In this document: in pieces, positions 30,000 through 42,629 of the stretch
Numbering within the stretch: the stretch's first letter is position 1
Layout of the letters: each line of letters opens with the position of its first letter
Assembly: GCA_035574155.1 (NCBI GenBank)
Contig: DATLZD010000062.1
Span: 1,878 to 65,877 of the forward strand
Length of the DNA stretch: 64,000 nucleotides
Reading direction: 5' to 3'
From: Dehalococcoidia bacterium
GTDB taxonomy: Bacteria; Chloroflexota; Dehalococcoidia; SM23-28-2; HRBIN24
The notes under the pieces: model-generated
Database searches by the model: none
The model's input: the letters and a program-made list of their open reading frames with translations, nothing else
Told to the model about the DNA's origin: nothing
Translations under genes and position numbers: made by a program

Positions 30000-31300
30000 G
30001 GGGCCAGCACGTCGCGCAGGACGATAGCTTGCTCCCGCTCCGGCCCCACCGACACCAGGGAGATGGGGACCCCCAACAGCTCCTCCACGCGTCGGACATA
30101 GGCCTGGGCGCGGGGCGGCAGGTCGGCGAAGCGGCGCACCCCCGAGGTGTCCTCCTCCCAGCCCGGCAGCTCCTCATACACCGGCTGGGCACGCCACAGG
30201 GCGGCCGTGCTGGCGGGGAAGGTGTCGGTGACGTGGCCGTCCAGTCGGTAGGCCACGCAGATGTTGATGGTGGGGAACCGGTCCAGCACGTCCAGCCGCG
30301 TGAGGGCCACCGTCGTCAGCCCGTTGGCCCGCGCCGTGTAGCGGGAGGCCACCGCATCGAACCAGCCGCAGCGTCGCGGGCGGCCGGTGGTGGCGCCGTA
30401 TTCGGGACGCGGCCCCGACTCCCGCAGCATGGTGCCCCGCTCGTCCAGCAGCTCGGTGGGCATGGGGCCGTTGCCGACGCGCGTCATGTAGGACTTGTAG
30501 ACCCCCACCACGGCCCCGATCTGGGTAGGGCCGATGCCCATGCCGATGCAGGCCCCTCCGGCCAGGGAGGACGGCACCGAGGAGGTGACGTATTCGTAGG
30601 TCCCCAGGTCCAGGTCCAACAGGGAGCCCTGGGCACCCTCCAGCAACACCGTCAGGCCCCGGGACAGGGCGTCCTGGACCAGGGCGGCGGTGTCGGCCAC
30701 GAAGGGGCGCAGGCGGGCGCCATACTCGGCATACTCGCTCCAGACCTGCTCCAGGTCCAGGGGTTCGGCCTCGAAGAGCTTCGTGAGGAGGGCGTTCTTG
30801 ATAGGCAGGACGGCGGCCAGCCGCTCCCGTAACGCCTCGGGGTCCACCAGGTCCACCATGCGGATGCCCATGCGCCCCACCTTGTCGACGAAGGTGGGGC
30901 CGACGCCGCGGCCGGTGGTGCCGATGGCCCCCCTGCCCCGCATTCGCTCCTCCAGCCGGTCCAGGAGCACGTGCCAGGGCATGGTGACGTGGGCGCGGTC
31001 GCTGACGAACAGCCGCCCCCGCACGGGCACCCCTCGCTCCTCCAGGGAGGAGACCTCCTCCAGTAGGACCTTGGGGTCCACGGCCACGCCGTTACCGATG
31101 AGGCAGAGCTTGTCCGGGTAGAAGATGCCGGCCGGCACCAGGTGGAGGCGGAACTCCCCCAGCTCGTTGACGATGGTGTGGCCGGCGTTGCTGCCGGCGG
31201 AGTAACGGGCCACCACCTGGGCCCGCTGGGCCAGCAGGTCTACCACCCGGCCCTTGCCCTCATCGCCCCATTGGCCCCCGATGACCACCACGGCCGGCAT
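29996..31300 (-). CDS. purA: Adenylosuccinate synthetase
   Basis: GGQWGDEGKG P-loop at N-terminus from ATG 31300 (track ORF extends to 31390); full-length PurA similarity. Confidence 0.95.
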   Translation of the reverse strand: MPAVVVIGGQWGDEGKGRVVDLLAQRAQVVARYSAGSNAGHTIVNELGEFRLHLVPAGIFYPDKLCLIGNGVAVDPKVLLEEVSSLEERGVPVRGRLFVSDRAHVTMPWHVLLDRLEERMRGRGAIGTTGRGVGPTFVDKVGRMGIRMVDLVDPEALRERLAAVLPIKNALLTKLFEAEPLDLEQVWSEYAEYGARLRPFVADTAALVQDALSRGLTVLLEGAQGSLLDLDLGTYEYVTSSVPSSLAGGACIGMGIGPTQIGAVVGVYKSYMTRVGNGPMPTELLDERGTMLRESGPRPEYGATTGRPRRCGWFDAVASRYTARANGLTTVALTRLDVLDRFPTINICVAYRLDGHVTDTFPASTAALWRAQPVYEELPGWEEDTSGVRRFADLPPRAQAYVRRVEELLGVPISLVSVGPEREQAIVLRDVLAP

Positions 31301-31400
31301 AGGCTTCCCTCCCGCACCATGCGCTGCCTTCCTGAAGGCCGCAGTAAGTGTAAAAAGGGGGGGCCTAAGGGTCAAGGGCGGCACGCCCATCCGCTTCTAC

Positions 31401-31429
31401 TTGACCGGCGGGGGGTTGCGAGTTAATAT
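31401..31429 (+). promoter_or_regulatory. Near-consensus sigma-70 promoter for fdxA (TTGACC-17-TAATAT)
   Basis: 5/6 + 5/6 hexamer matches, 17-nt spacer, ~65 nt upstream of fdxA ATG in locally AT-richer divergent region. Confidence 0.65.
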
Positions 31430-31493
31430 CGTAAGGGGTGGAGGATTGGGAGATTTTGGACAGCAAAAAATTATCTAACTGTGGAGGTCTGAA

Positions 31494-31781
31494 ATGGCGT
31501 ATGTCATCTGTGAGCCCTGCATCGACGTGATGGACAAGTCCTGCGTCGAGGTCTGTCCGGTCGACTGCATCCACTACGAGGAGGGGGTGGACCGCAAGCT
31601 CTACATCGACCCTGACGAGTGCATCGATTGCGGCGCCTGCGAGCCCGTCTGCCCCGTTACCGCCATCTTTGCCGAGGACGACGTGCCCGACCAGTGGAAG
31701 GAGTACATCGAGCTGGACGCCAAGTGGTACAAGGACCCCGACGCTGTCCGTGCCCGCATCAACGAGCTGAAGCCCGCCTAG
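31494..31781 (+). CDS. fdxA: 7Fe ferredoxin (3Fe-4S + 4Fe-4S)
   Basis: 95 aa; CxxD...C...CP and CIDCGACEPVCP cluster motifs; consensus promoter and GGAGG RBS upstream. Confidence 0.9.
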   Translation: MAYVICEPCIDVMDKSCVEVCPVDCIHYEEGVDRKLYIDPDECIDCGACEPVCPVTAIFAEDDVPDQWKEYIELDAKWYKDPDAVRARINELKPA

Positions 31782-31819
31782 GCGGCACCCTTCAGCTCCG
31801 GCCGACGGTGAGGCCCTGG

Positions 31820-32397
31820 CTATCCGTGGGTGGAGGCCAGGGCCTCTAGCGTCTGGGCGAAGAGGGAGGCCGTTTCCGGGTCACGGTCGCACAGCCTCAC
31901 ACGGGCGATGGGCGACTCCGGGTGGGAGTCCAAATAGTCCTGGACGGCCCTGACTATGGCCCGCACCCCCGCCTCTTTGGGGAAGCCGAAGATCCCGGTG
32001 GAGATGGCCGGCAGGGCCACGCTTTTGGCAGCCACCTCATCGGCCCTCTGCAGGGCGCTGTGGACGGCGCGGGCCAGCAGCGCCTCCTCGTGGCCCATGC
32101 CCCAGCGGGGACCCACGGCGTGGACCACGTAGCGGGCCTTGAGGCGGCCAGCACCGGTGATGGCGGCGCCGCCGGTGGGCACCGGGCCGTGCTGCCTGAC
32201 CCAACGGTCACTCTCCTCCTGTATCTCGCGGCCACCGCGACGGACGATGGCCCCGGCCACGCCGCCACCGTGGGATAGGCGCTCGTTGGCGGCGTTGACG
32301 ATGACGTCCGTCTTCTCCTGGGTGATGTCGCCCTGGACGGCCTCCAGCACCCGCCCGTCAGGCCGACGGTAGGAAGCGAGCACCCTGGCCCCAGCGC

Positions 32398-32401
<4 letters not shown>
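31820..32401 (-). CDS. Macro-domain protein (O-acetyl-ADP-ribose deacetylase/ADP-ribose-binding, YmdB-like)
   Basis: [29 protein letters not shown] macro signature; start set to GTG 32401 overlapping glyQS stop (GTGA); track ORF N-terminal 127 aa is antisense overlap with glyQS. Confidence 0.75.
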
Positions 32402-33846
<1,445 letters not shown>

Positions 33847-34152
33847 GCCTCGTCCTCACCTCTCCGGGGCCATCGCCCCTCCTCTTGCTGCAAGGTATCA
33901 GGGGCCGGGGGCCTAAGTCAAAGCCGTCGGGGACGGCTGTGGGCCCTCGCGGGAGGGGACGGGGCCGGAGCCCCCGTCGCGGCCTGGCGCTCTTAGCCAG
34001 CGTGGGGGCCACACGTCCTGGCACCCCCACCAGGGCTATGCGGGGCCCTGCCCTCGGGGCAGGAGGGGGCGTGGAGTGCTCGGGCGTTCGCCTGGGGGCA
34101 GCCCTGGGTCGCGGCCCTAGCCCGGGGGCGGTCCCTGCCTACTCCCCCGTCA

Positions 34153-35784
34153 TCAGGCCCGGGCGGCCGGCACCGGGTTAAAGGCGAAGCCCTCGTATCC
34201 TTTGGCGGCCACGTCGTCGCAGATCTGGCGGTAGTTGTTGAAGCCACCGCAATAGGGGTAGACCAGCCGTGGCTTCCCGGGGATGTTGGTCCCCGTCCAC
34301 CAGGAGTTGGTCTCCGCGATGAGCGTGGCCGATGCCACCTGGTTGTGGTGGGCCACCCAGCGCTCCTCCGCCTCGGGGAGCGCCTCGATGCAGTCCAGCT
34401 GCCGGTCCCGCATGTAGCGGATACAGTCGGCGATCCACTCCACGTGCTGTTCGATGGCCACCGGCATGTTGGTCAACACCGACGGGCTCTGGGGCCCGGT
34501 GATGATGAACATGTTGGGGAACCCGCTGGTGGCGAGGCCAAGATACGTCCGCGGCCCATCGGCCCACTTGCTGCGTAGCGACTGCCCGCCCCGACCGCGA
34601 ATGTCAATGGCGAACAGGGCGCCCGTCATGGCGTCGAACCCGGTGGCGAATATGATGCAGTCCACCTCGTACTCGGCTTCCGTCGTCCGCACCCCGTTGG
34701 GGGTTATCTCGACGATGGGCGACCTGCGCACGTCGACCAGCGTTACGTTGTCGCGGTTGAAGGCCTCGTAGTAGCCGTGCTCTAGGGGCGGCCTTCGGCT
34801 GGCAAAGGGGTGGTCCTTAGGACAGAGGGCCTCCGCCACCTGGGGGTCTTTCACGATCTCGCGGATCTTGGAGCGGATGAACTCGCAGGCGGTCTCGTTG
34901 GCCTCCCGGTTGATAATCAAGTCGTTGAAGGCCTGGGTGAAGGACAGTCCCCCTCTTGCCCACCGCTCCTCGAACACCCTCTGCCTCTCCTCAGGGGGCA
35001 CCGATAGCGCCGAGGTGGTGGCGGGCTCCCAGGGGAACCCACCCCATGACTGCCGCGCCTTGTCCCATATCTGCTTGTAGTTGGCCTTCAGCTCGCGGAC
35101 GTAGTCCGGGTCCAGGGGGCGGTTGCGTCCCGGTATGTTGTAGTTGGGCGTGCGCTGGAACACATAAACATGCTGCGCCTGCTGGGCCACCTCGGGGACC
35201 ACCTGGACTCCTGTGGCGCCCGTGCCGATGACCGCCACCCGCTGCCCTGTGAAGTCCACCGGCTCGTGGGGCCAGCGCCCCGTGTGGTACCACTTGCCCC
35301 GGAAGCTCTCGAGCCCCTTGAACTGGGGGATGTTGGCCATCGAGAGACAGCCGACGGCGGTGATAAAGAACCTAGCGGTGACGGAGTCGCCGCGGTCGGT
35401 GGCGATCTGCCACAGGTTGCGGTCCTCGTCGAACACGGCCGCCACGACTCGCGTGGAGAACTGGATGTCGCGCCGCAGGTCGAACTTGTCGGCTATATAC
35501 TGGAGGTAACGGAGGATCTCCGGCTGCGCGGCGTAGCGCTCGCTCCAGGTCCACTCCTGCAGCTGCTCCTCGGAGAAGTGGTCGGGGAACATGTAGTAGA
35601 CGCTTTCCGAGTCGCAGCGGGCGCCCGGGTAGCGGTTCCAGTACCAGGTGCCGCCCACGTCCTCGCCTGCCTCGTACACCCTCACGGCCAGCTGTAGCTG
35701 CCGCAGGCGGTGGAGCATGTATAGGCCCGAGAACCCTGCCCCCACTACCACGGCGTCGAAATGAGCCTGAGCCGGTGCCGCCAT
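34153..35784 (-). CDS. Baeyer-Villiger (type I flavin-containing) monooxygenase
   Basis: 543 aa; two Rossmann GxGxxG motifs and BVMO fingerprint FxGxxxHxxxW-like (FRGKWYHTGRW). Confidence 0.85.
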   Translation of the reverse strand: MAAPAQAHFDAVVVGAGFSGLYMLHRLRQLQLAVRVYEAGEDVGGTWYWNRYPGARCDSESVYYMFPDHFSEEQLQEWTWSERYAAQPEILRYLQYIADKFDLRRDIQFSTRVVAAVFDEDRNLWQIATDRGDSVTARFFITAVGCLSMANIPQFKGLESFRGKWYHTGRWPHEPVDFTGQRVAVIGTGATGVQVVPEVAQQAQHVYVFQRTPNYNIPGRNRPLDPDYVRELKANYKQIWDKARQSWGGFPWEPATTSALSVPPEERQRVFEERWARGGLSFTQAFNDLIINREANETACEFIRSKIREIVKDPQVAEALCPKDHPFASRRPPLEHGYYEAFNRDNVTLVDVRRSPIVEITPNGVRTTEAEYEVDCIIFATGFDAMTGALFAIDIRGRGGQSLRSKWADGPRTYLGLATSGFPNMFIITGPQSPSVLTNMPVAIEQHVEWIADCIRYMRDRQLDCIEALPEAEERWVAHHNQVASATLIAETNSWWTGTNIPGKPRLVYPYCGGFNNYRQICDDVAAKGYEGFAFNPVPAARA

Positions 35785-36003
35785 CGCTCGCCGTCCTCCT
35801 AGCCCCAGTTTTTCCTTGATTTAAGGGCAACTTCATGCCCGTTGTCAAGGGAGGCTGGGACTGACCCTTGTGGGGCCTCGCAGGACACCGTCCTGTGGTG
35901 GGTCGCCATCGTCCGCCACGTCCGACGGCACAGGGGCTGTGGCCAGGTTGGGACCGCGGCGCTAGACTAGTGCTGACCGTCCTTTCCACAGGAGGGGCGT
36001 GGC

Positions 36004-36864
36004 ATGGAACCTGGGACCTACCGCGGCTTTGAGGTGACCCTGCACGACCCCGGCATCGCCCTGGTGACGTTCAACCAGCCCGACCGCCTCAACGGCATGA
36101 CCCAGGCCACCAAGCGCGACCTGGTGGAGCTGCTAGCCCAGGCCCAGATGGACGATGGCGTGCGGGTGGTGGTATTCACCGGGACGGGGCGGGCCTTCTC
36201 GGCCGGCGACGACATCACGGGCCGCCGGGTGGCCTACGAAGGGGCGCGGGCGTTGGCGCCCGAGATCCCTGGGGGGCATCGCCACCCCCTGGGCACCTAC
36301 GACGCCTTGCGGGCCATCTCCCAGCAGCTGAACCTGGCGGTCCGCCAGCTGAGCAAGGTGACCATCGCCGCCATCAACGGCGTTGCCATCCAGTCTGGCC
36401 TGTCCCTGGCCCTGGCCTGCGACTTTCGCATCGCCTCCCGGGAGGCCCGTCTGGGCAGTGGCACCCTGCGCTTCGGCCTGATGCCCGATGAAGGTGGCCA
36501 CTTCCTGCTGGTGCAGCTCCTGGGGGTGGCGAGGGCCATGGACTTCCTGCTGCGGAACCGCATCGTCTCTGCCCAGGAGGCGCTGGCGCTGGGCCTGGTC
36601 CATGAGGTGGTGGAGCCGGAGGAGCTGTTGGGGCGGGCGCTGGACCTGGCGCGGGAGCTGGCCCAGGGCCCGCAGCTGGCCATGCGCCTTCTGAAGCGGG
36701 CCATCTACAACGCCGCTGAGGTGGGGATGCTCCAGGCCTTCGACGACATCGCCGCCCGCACCGCCATCAGCGACCACCACCCTGACGCCCGGGAGGGGGT
36801 GGCGGCCTTTCGCGAGAAGCGGTCGCCCCGCTTCAACCGCTGGCTGGAGGAGGGCGGGAGGTAG
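36004..36864 (+). CDS. Enoyl-CoA hydratase/isomerase family protein
   Basis: 286 aa crotonase fold (VTFNQPDRLNGM, FSAGDD). Confidence 0.85.
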   Translation: MEPGTYRGFEVTLHDPGIALVTFNQPDRLNGMTQATKRDLVELLAQAQMDDGVRVVVFTGTGRAFSAGDDITGRRVAYEGARALAPEIPGGHRHPLGTYDALRAISQQLNLAVRQLSKVTIAAINGVAIQSGLSLALACDFRIASREARLGSGTLRFGLMPDEGGHFLLVQLLGVARAMDFLLRNRIVSAQEALALGLVHEVVEPEELLGRALDLARELAQGPQLAMRLLKRAIYNAAEVGMLQAFDDIAARTAISDHHPDAREGVAAFREKRSPRFNRWLEEGGR

Positions 36865-36868
36865 GGCC

Positions 36869-37855
36869 ATGGCCCAGGGCAAGCTCATGTCCTTGGAGGA
36901 GGCGGTGGACCGTTTCGTGGCCGACGGCGACGTCGTCTATGCCGGCTATCTCTGCGTGCCCTTTGCCCTCACCCACGAGATCGTGCGCCAGGGCAAGCGC
37001 GACCTGGAGCTGGTGGGGGCGTCGGTGGTCTGGCCCACCACCGAGCTGGTGCTGGCCGGGTGCTGCCGGCGCGTCCGCAGTGGCTATATCGGTGGGCCCC
37101 TGCGCTGCCGGGACATCGAGGAGATGATGGCCAGGGGCGAGCTGGAGTTCGAGGACTACAGCAACCAGGGGCTGGCCCTCATGCTCATGGCCGGTGCCCT
37201 GGGCATCCCCTTCGTCCCCACCCGCAGCTTCCTGGGCACCGACTACCTGGACCGGGCCGAGGAGCACCCCGGCCGCATTCCTGGCTACAGGCGCCTCCAC
37301 GTGATGGAGTCGCCCTTCGATGGGCAGCGGGTGGTGCTGCTGCCAGCCCTGCGGCCGGACGTGGTCATAATGCATGCCCAGAGGGCCGATGAGGAGGGGA
37401 ACGTCCAGATGTGGGGCCACCTGGGCGATGCCCGGTGGGGCCTCTGGGCCGGGCGCAAGATCGTGGTCACGGTGGAGGAGGTGGTGCCCACGGAGGTGGT
37501 CCGTTCCGACCCGAGCCGCACGGTCGTGCCGGGGGCCATCGTCAGCGCCGTGGTCCACTGCCCCTATGGCGCCCATCCGGGCGGCATCGCCGGTTACTAC
37601 GACTTCGACTACGCCTTCTTGGGCCGGGTGCTGGGGCCGGCCCTGGCCTCGCGGGAGGCCTTCGCCCGCTTCCGGCAGGAGTGGATAGAGCCTGGGGTCT
37701 CCGACCGGCAGCGCTACGTGGCCAAGGTGAAGGAGGTCATAGGCGAGGAGGCGTGGCAGGCCATCCACGTGGACCGGCACCTGCGACCACGGGCGACGGT
37801 GGACTACGGCTACTCGGCCGCCCTGAACCTGCCGCGGCGAGAGGGGTGGCCATGA
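36869..37855 (+). CDS. Family I CoA-transferase, subunit A (glutaconate/3-oxoacid CoA-transferase-like)
   Basis: 328 aa; GctA-like pattern; ATGA overlap with B subunit. Confidence 0.8.
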   Translation: MAQGKLMSLEEAVDRFVADGDVVYAGYLCVPFALTHEIVRQGKRDLELVGASVVWPTTELVLAGCCRRVRSGYIGGPLRCRDIEEMMARGELEFEDYSNQGLALMLMAGALGIPFVPTRSFLGTDYLDRAEEHPGRIPGYRRLHVMESPFDGQRVVLLPALRPDVVIMHAQRADEEGNVQMWGHLGDARWGLWAGRKIVVTVEEVVPTEVVRSDPSRTVVPGAIVSAVVHCPYGAHPGGIAGYYDFDYAFLGRVLGPALASREAFARFRQEWIEPGVSDRQRYVAKVKEVIGEEAWQAIHVDRHLRPRATVDYGYSAALNLPRREGWP

Positions 37856-38664
37856 GGGAGGACGGCTACAGCCTGGCCGAGCTGATGTGCATCGAGGCGG
37901 CCCGCCTCATGCCCGACAAGGGGGTGGTGGTCTTGGGGCTGGGGCTGCCGGTGCTGGCCGGGGCGCTGGCCAAGTGCCTGCACCACCCCGACCTGGTCAT
38001 CTGCACCGAGGTAGGGGCCATCGACTGGCGGCCCGACCCCAGCACGGTGGCGAGGGCACCCATCGGCATCCACGACCTGGTCCTCAACGATGGCGCCGCC
38101 ATGGCCACCGACATGGTGGACGTGCTGGCTGCCCTGCTGATGGGCGGAAGGGTGGACCTGGGCACTCTCACCGCTGCCCAGATCGACCGCTACGGCAACC
38201 TGAACACGCTGGTCATCGGCGACTACGCCAGCCCCGAGCGTCGCCTGGCGGGCACTGGCGGCAACACCGACATCGCCTGCCTGGCCAAGCGGGTGCTGGT
38301 GCTCATGCCCCAGGAGCCGCGGCGCTGGGTGGAGCGGGTGGACTTCCTCACCAGCCCGGGCTACGTGGACGGGCCGGGGGGAAGGCGGCGGGCCGGCCTG
38401 GCGCCCCAGGGGCCCAACCTGGTGGTCTCCACCATGGGCGTCTACGGGTTCGATACCCCTGACGGCGGCGAGACGGGCTCCTGCCAGCCGGTGCTGGAGG
38501 CCGTCTTCCCGGGCATCGACCCCGAGACGGTCCAGGCCCTGGTGCCCTGGCCCCTCAAGGTGTCTGCCCGCCTGCGACAGGTGGAGCCCCCCACCGCTGA
38601 GGAGCTGCTCATGCTGCGGCGCCTGGACCCCTTCCGCCACTACCTGGCACCGGGGCGCTACTGA
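37852..38664 (+). CDS. Family I CoA-transferase, subunit B
   Basis: ATG 37852 (MREDGYSLAELM); track ORF's first 147 aa are out-of-frame overlap with subunit A. Confidence 0.8.
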   Translation: MREDGYSLAELMCIEAARLMPDKGVVVLGLGLPVLAGALAKCLHHPDLVICTEVGAIDWRPDPSTVARAPIGIHDLVLNDGAAMATDMVDVLAALLMGGRVDLGTLTAAQIDRYGNLNTLVIGDYASPERRLAGTGGNTDIACLAKRVLVLMPQEPRRWVERVDFLTSPGYVDGPGGRRRAGLAPQGPNLVVSTMGVYGFDTPDGGETGSCQPVLEAVFPGIDPETVQALVPWPLKVSARLRQVEPPTAEELLMLRRLDPFRHYLAPGRY

Positions 38665-40217
38665 AGGGGCGCCGGGGACCGGCCCTCGCCCGTCAGCACG
38701 TAGATGGAGCCTGGGATGACGGGCGCCAACCCCTCCCGGCCGCGGGGACAGCGGCAGCCAGAGTAGACGAACACGTAGTCGACCTCATACCGCTGGGCCA
38801 GCTCGCCGCCGCTGCACCTGCCCTCTCTCAGACAGTCGGACACCCGGGCGAAGGCCCTCTGTCGCTCCAGGAAGGCCGCCCGCCCCAGCCACTCGCTGCC
38901 CTGAACCGTCAGCACGCTCTCCAGCCCCGTCAGGGCCGGCAACCACTCGGAGGCCGGATCGCTGGCCCAGGGCAGGCCTGAGACCACCAGCACCCTGGCG
39001 TCGGCCGGTGCGTTCTCCCGCAGCCAGGCCATGGCCGCCAGGTCGCCGTCCGACAGACGGTTCAGGGGGCTCAGGGGCGACAGGTGGGCCATGGCCGAGT
39101 CTGTAGCGCCCAGCAGGGCCACGGCCGCCAGCACGCCGGCCGGGGCCAACGGCCAGCGTCGCCGCAGGGCCCTTCCCAACCCCTCCGAAGCCCAGGCGCC
39201 ACCCAGGGCCAGGGGCAGGCAGGCGAGGGTCGCCGCCTTGCGCGGGTCCACCAGGAACAGGAGGGACAACCAGCCCAGGGCGAAGGGACGGCGCCTGAGG
39301 GCTAGGCCCAGCACGCCAGCCAGCCCCCACGTTGCCAGCCAGGGCAGCCCAGGCTCACCGTAGAACAGGGGCACGACCATGGGGAGAAAGGTCGCCGCGG
39401 GGCCGTAGCGGCTGCCAGCGGCAGCCCCCAGCAGGCTGTCGGCACCGTGGAGGGCCACCGCGGAGGCCCACCAGGGCGCGGCCAGGAGGAAGGCGAGCAG
39501 CGAGGAGGCAGCCGCCCTCAGCAGGGCACGCCGCCTCTCCCCGGCACGGCCCAGGGCCAGAGCGAAGAAGGGGGGATGGACCAGCGCCATTAGCCCCATC
39601 TCGGGGTGGGTGAGGACCGCCAGGGCGGCCCAAAGGGGCAGGCCGCGCCCGCCCTCACCTCTGGTCGCCCTGACCGCCTGCTGCATGGACAGCACCAGAA
39701 AGAGGAGGCCTGGCGAGCGGGTGATGCCCCCGCCTACTATCTCCCAGTTCCAGCTGCGGGGCAGCAGGGCGAAGAAGAGTAACGCTGCCAGCCGCTGCGG
39801 CCAGGGGCAGAGCTCCCGCAACAGCAGCCAGGCGGCCCCTATCGTCAGCACGCTGCAGGCCAGGGGCAGGAAGCGGAAAACGTCCAGGAGGCCCCAGGGG
39901 CCAAGCCGGTCGGCAGTTACGGCCATGTAGAACCCCAGGGGCGGGTACACAAAGGGGACCTGCAACGCTCCGTATTCCACTGCCCAAGGCAGGCGCGGAA
40001 ACGAGGAGTCCAGGGCCTGGGCCATCAGGTAAAAGAGGCCCCCATCGCCCACGGGGAAGCCCGACGAGAGGACGTGGGGCAGACGGGTGGCCAGGGCCAG
40101 CGAGGCCACAGCCGCCGCTGCCAGCGGCTGCCAGCGGCTCACCTTCCCCAGGGACGGAAGGCGAGAGATGGCTAAGGCAGCGGGTGCGATGCCCACCGGA
40201 CTCCTGTGGGGGACCAC
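38658..40217 (-). CDS. Polytopic membrane protein, GT-C-fold glycosyltransferase-like (PMT/ArnT-like), hypothetical
   Basis: 519 aa, >10 hydrophobic helices N-terminal, soluble C-terminal domain. Confidence 0.5.
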   Translation of the reverse strand: MVPHRSPVGIAPAALAISRLPSLGKVSRWQPLAAAAVASLALATRLPHVLSSGFPVGDGGLFYLMAQALDSSFPRLPWAVEYGALQVPFVYPPLGFYMAVTADRLGPWGLLDVFRFLPLACSVLTIGAAWLLLRELCPWPQRLAALLFFALLPRSWNWEIVGGGITRSPGLLFLVLSMQQAVRATRGEGGRGLPLWAALAVLTHPEMGLMALVHPPFFALALGRAGERRRALLRAAASSLLAFLLAAPWWASAVALHGADSLLGAAAGSRYGPAATFLPMVVPLFYGEPGLPWLATWGLAGVLGLALRRRPFALGWLSLLFLVDPRKAATLACLPLALGGAWASEGLGRALRRRWPLAPAGVLAAVALLGATDSAMAHLSPLSPLNRLSDGDLAAMAWLRENAPADARVLVVSGLPWASDPASEWLPALTGLESVLTVQGSEWLGRAAFLERQRAFARVSDCLREGRCSGGELAQRYEVDYVFVYSGCRCPRGREGLAPVIPGSIYVLTGEGRSPAPLQ

Positions 40218-40396
40218 ATCCCCACTACCTCAGACCCTCGGCCAGGTAGGACGTTACAGGGGCCGTTGCCCGGCACCACTGACATGCGGCAGGAAAAATA
40301 GCGAGCAATGCAGGTCGAGACGGGAAAAAGTTGATGTTCTACGGCCTGTAGTGGACGACATCGCCGCTGTGATGCCGAGACGGCGACCTTCTCCTC

Positions 40397-40426
40397 TTGC
40401 GACGGAGGGCCGCCAGGGGCTAATAT
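40397..40426 (+). promoter_or_regulatory. Sigma-70-type promoter of groES-groEL (TTGCGA-18-TAATAT)
   Basis: -35/-10 hexamers with 18-nt spacer immediately upstream of CIRCE. Confidence 0.6.
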
Positions 40427-40435
40427 CGGCTTAGG

Positions 40436-40462
40436 TTAGCACTCTCCCCCTGCGAGTGCTAA
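40436..40462 (+). promoter_or_regulatory. CIRCE inverted repeat (HrcA operator) TTAGCACTC-N9-GAGTGCTAA
   Basis: Perfect 9+9 match to CIRCE consensus with 9-nt spacer, 42 nt upstream of groES ATG and just downstream of -10. Confidence 0.9.
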
Positions 40463-40503
40463 ATGGTAAGCCCAGACCAGATGGTGAAGGGAGGGATGTG
40501 CCC

Positions 40504-40827
40504 ATGACTACCAAGGCTGCCAGCAAGATCGTGCCCCTGGCCGACCGCGTGGTGGTGAAGCAGATCAAGCTGGAGGAGGTGCGGGCCAGCGGTCTGGTCA
40601 TCCCCGACACCGCCCGCGAGAAGCCCCAGGTGGGCGAGGTCATCGCCGTGGGGCCTGGTCGCCTGGACGAGGACGGCAAGCGCATCCCCATGGACCTGAA
40701 GGTGGGCGACCGCGTCATATACGCCAAGTATTCCGGCCAGGAGGTGCCCAAGGGCCTCTTCGGCTCCGACGAGGAAGAGTACCTGATCCTCAAGGAGTCC
40801 GACATCCTGGCCAAGCTGGAGGACTAG
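40504..40827 (+). CDS. groES: Co-chaperonin GroES
   Basis: ATG 40504 ([19 protein letters not shown]); CIRCE operator upstream. Confidence 0.95.
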   Translation: MTTKAASKIVPLADRVVVKQIKLEEVRASGLVIPDTAREKPQVGEVIAVGPGRLDEDGKRIPMDLKVGDRVIYAKYSGQEVPKGLFGSDEEEYLILKESDILAKLED

Positions 40828-40846
40828 CCCGGCCGGCCACATCTGA

Positions 40847-42493
<1,647 letters not shown>

Positions 42494-42508
42494 GGCGCCA
42501 GGGGCAGC

Positions 42509-42544
42509 GAAGGGGGCCGCCTTCTAGGCGGCCCCCTTCCTTTT
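42509..42544 (+). terminator. Rho-independent terminator after groEL
   Basis: GAAGGGGGCCGCC-ttcta-GGCGGCCCCCTTC stem-loop followed by CTTTT. Confidence 0.8.
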
Positions 42545-42629
42545 GGGGCAGGCGCTTGGCGCAGGCGCGGCCCGCCGGGCGCGGGTGCTACCGCCAAGGG
42601 CCGCCGCCGTTTTACATTAGTGGGAGCGT

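Noticed and set aside
31301-31390. Thirty-codon N-terminal extension of purA in the track ORF
   Set aside because: The PurA P-loop begins right after ATG 31300. The extension would cover the divergent fdxA promoter region.
31810-31846. 11-bp-stem hairpin GAGGCCCTGGC...GCCAGGGCCTC after fdxA
   Set aside because: The 15-nt loop, the absence of a U-tract, and overlap with the 3' end of the macro-domain CDS make a terminator call too weak. Noted only.
33847-34152. T-box riboswitch upstream of glyQS
   Set aside because: I looked for the T-box consensus (AGGGTGGNACCGCG) on the transcribed strand. Only a weak resemblance was present, so it is not called. It is listed as something to test.
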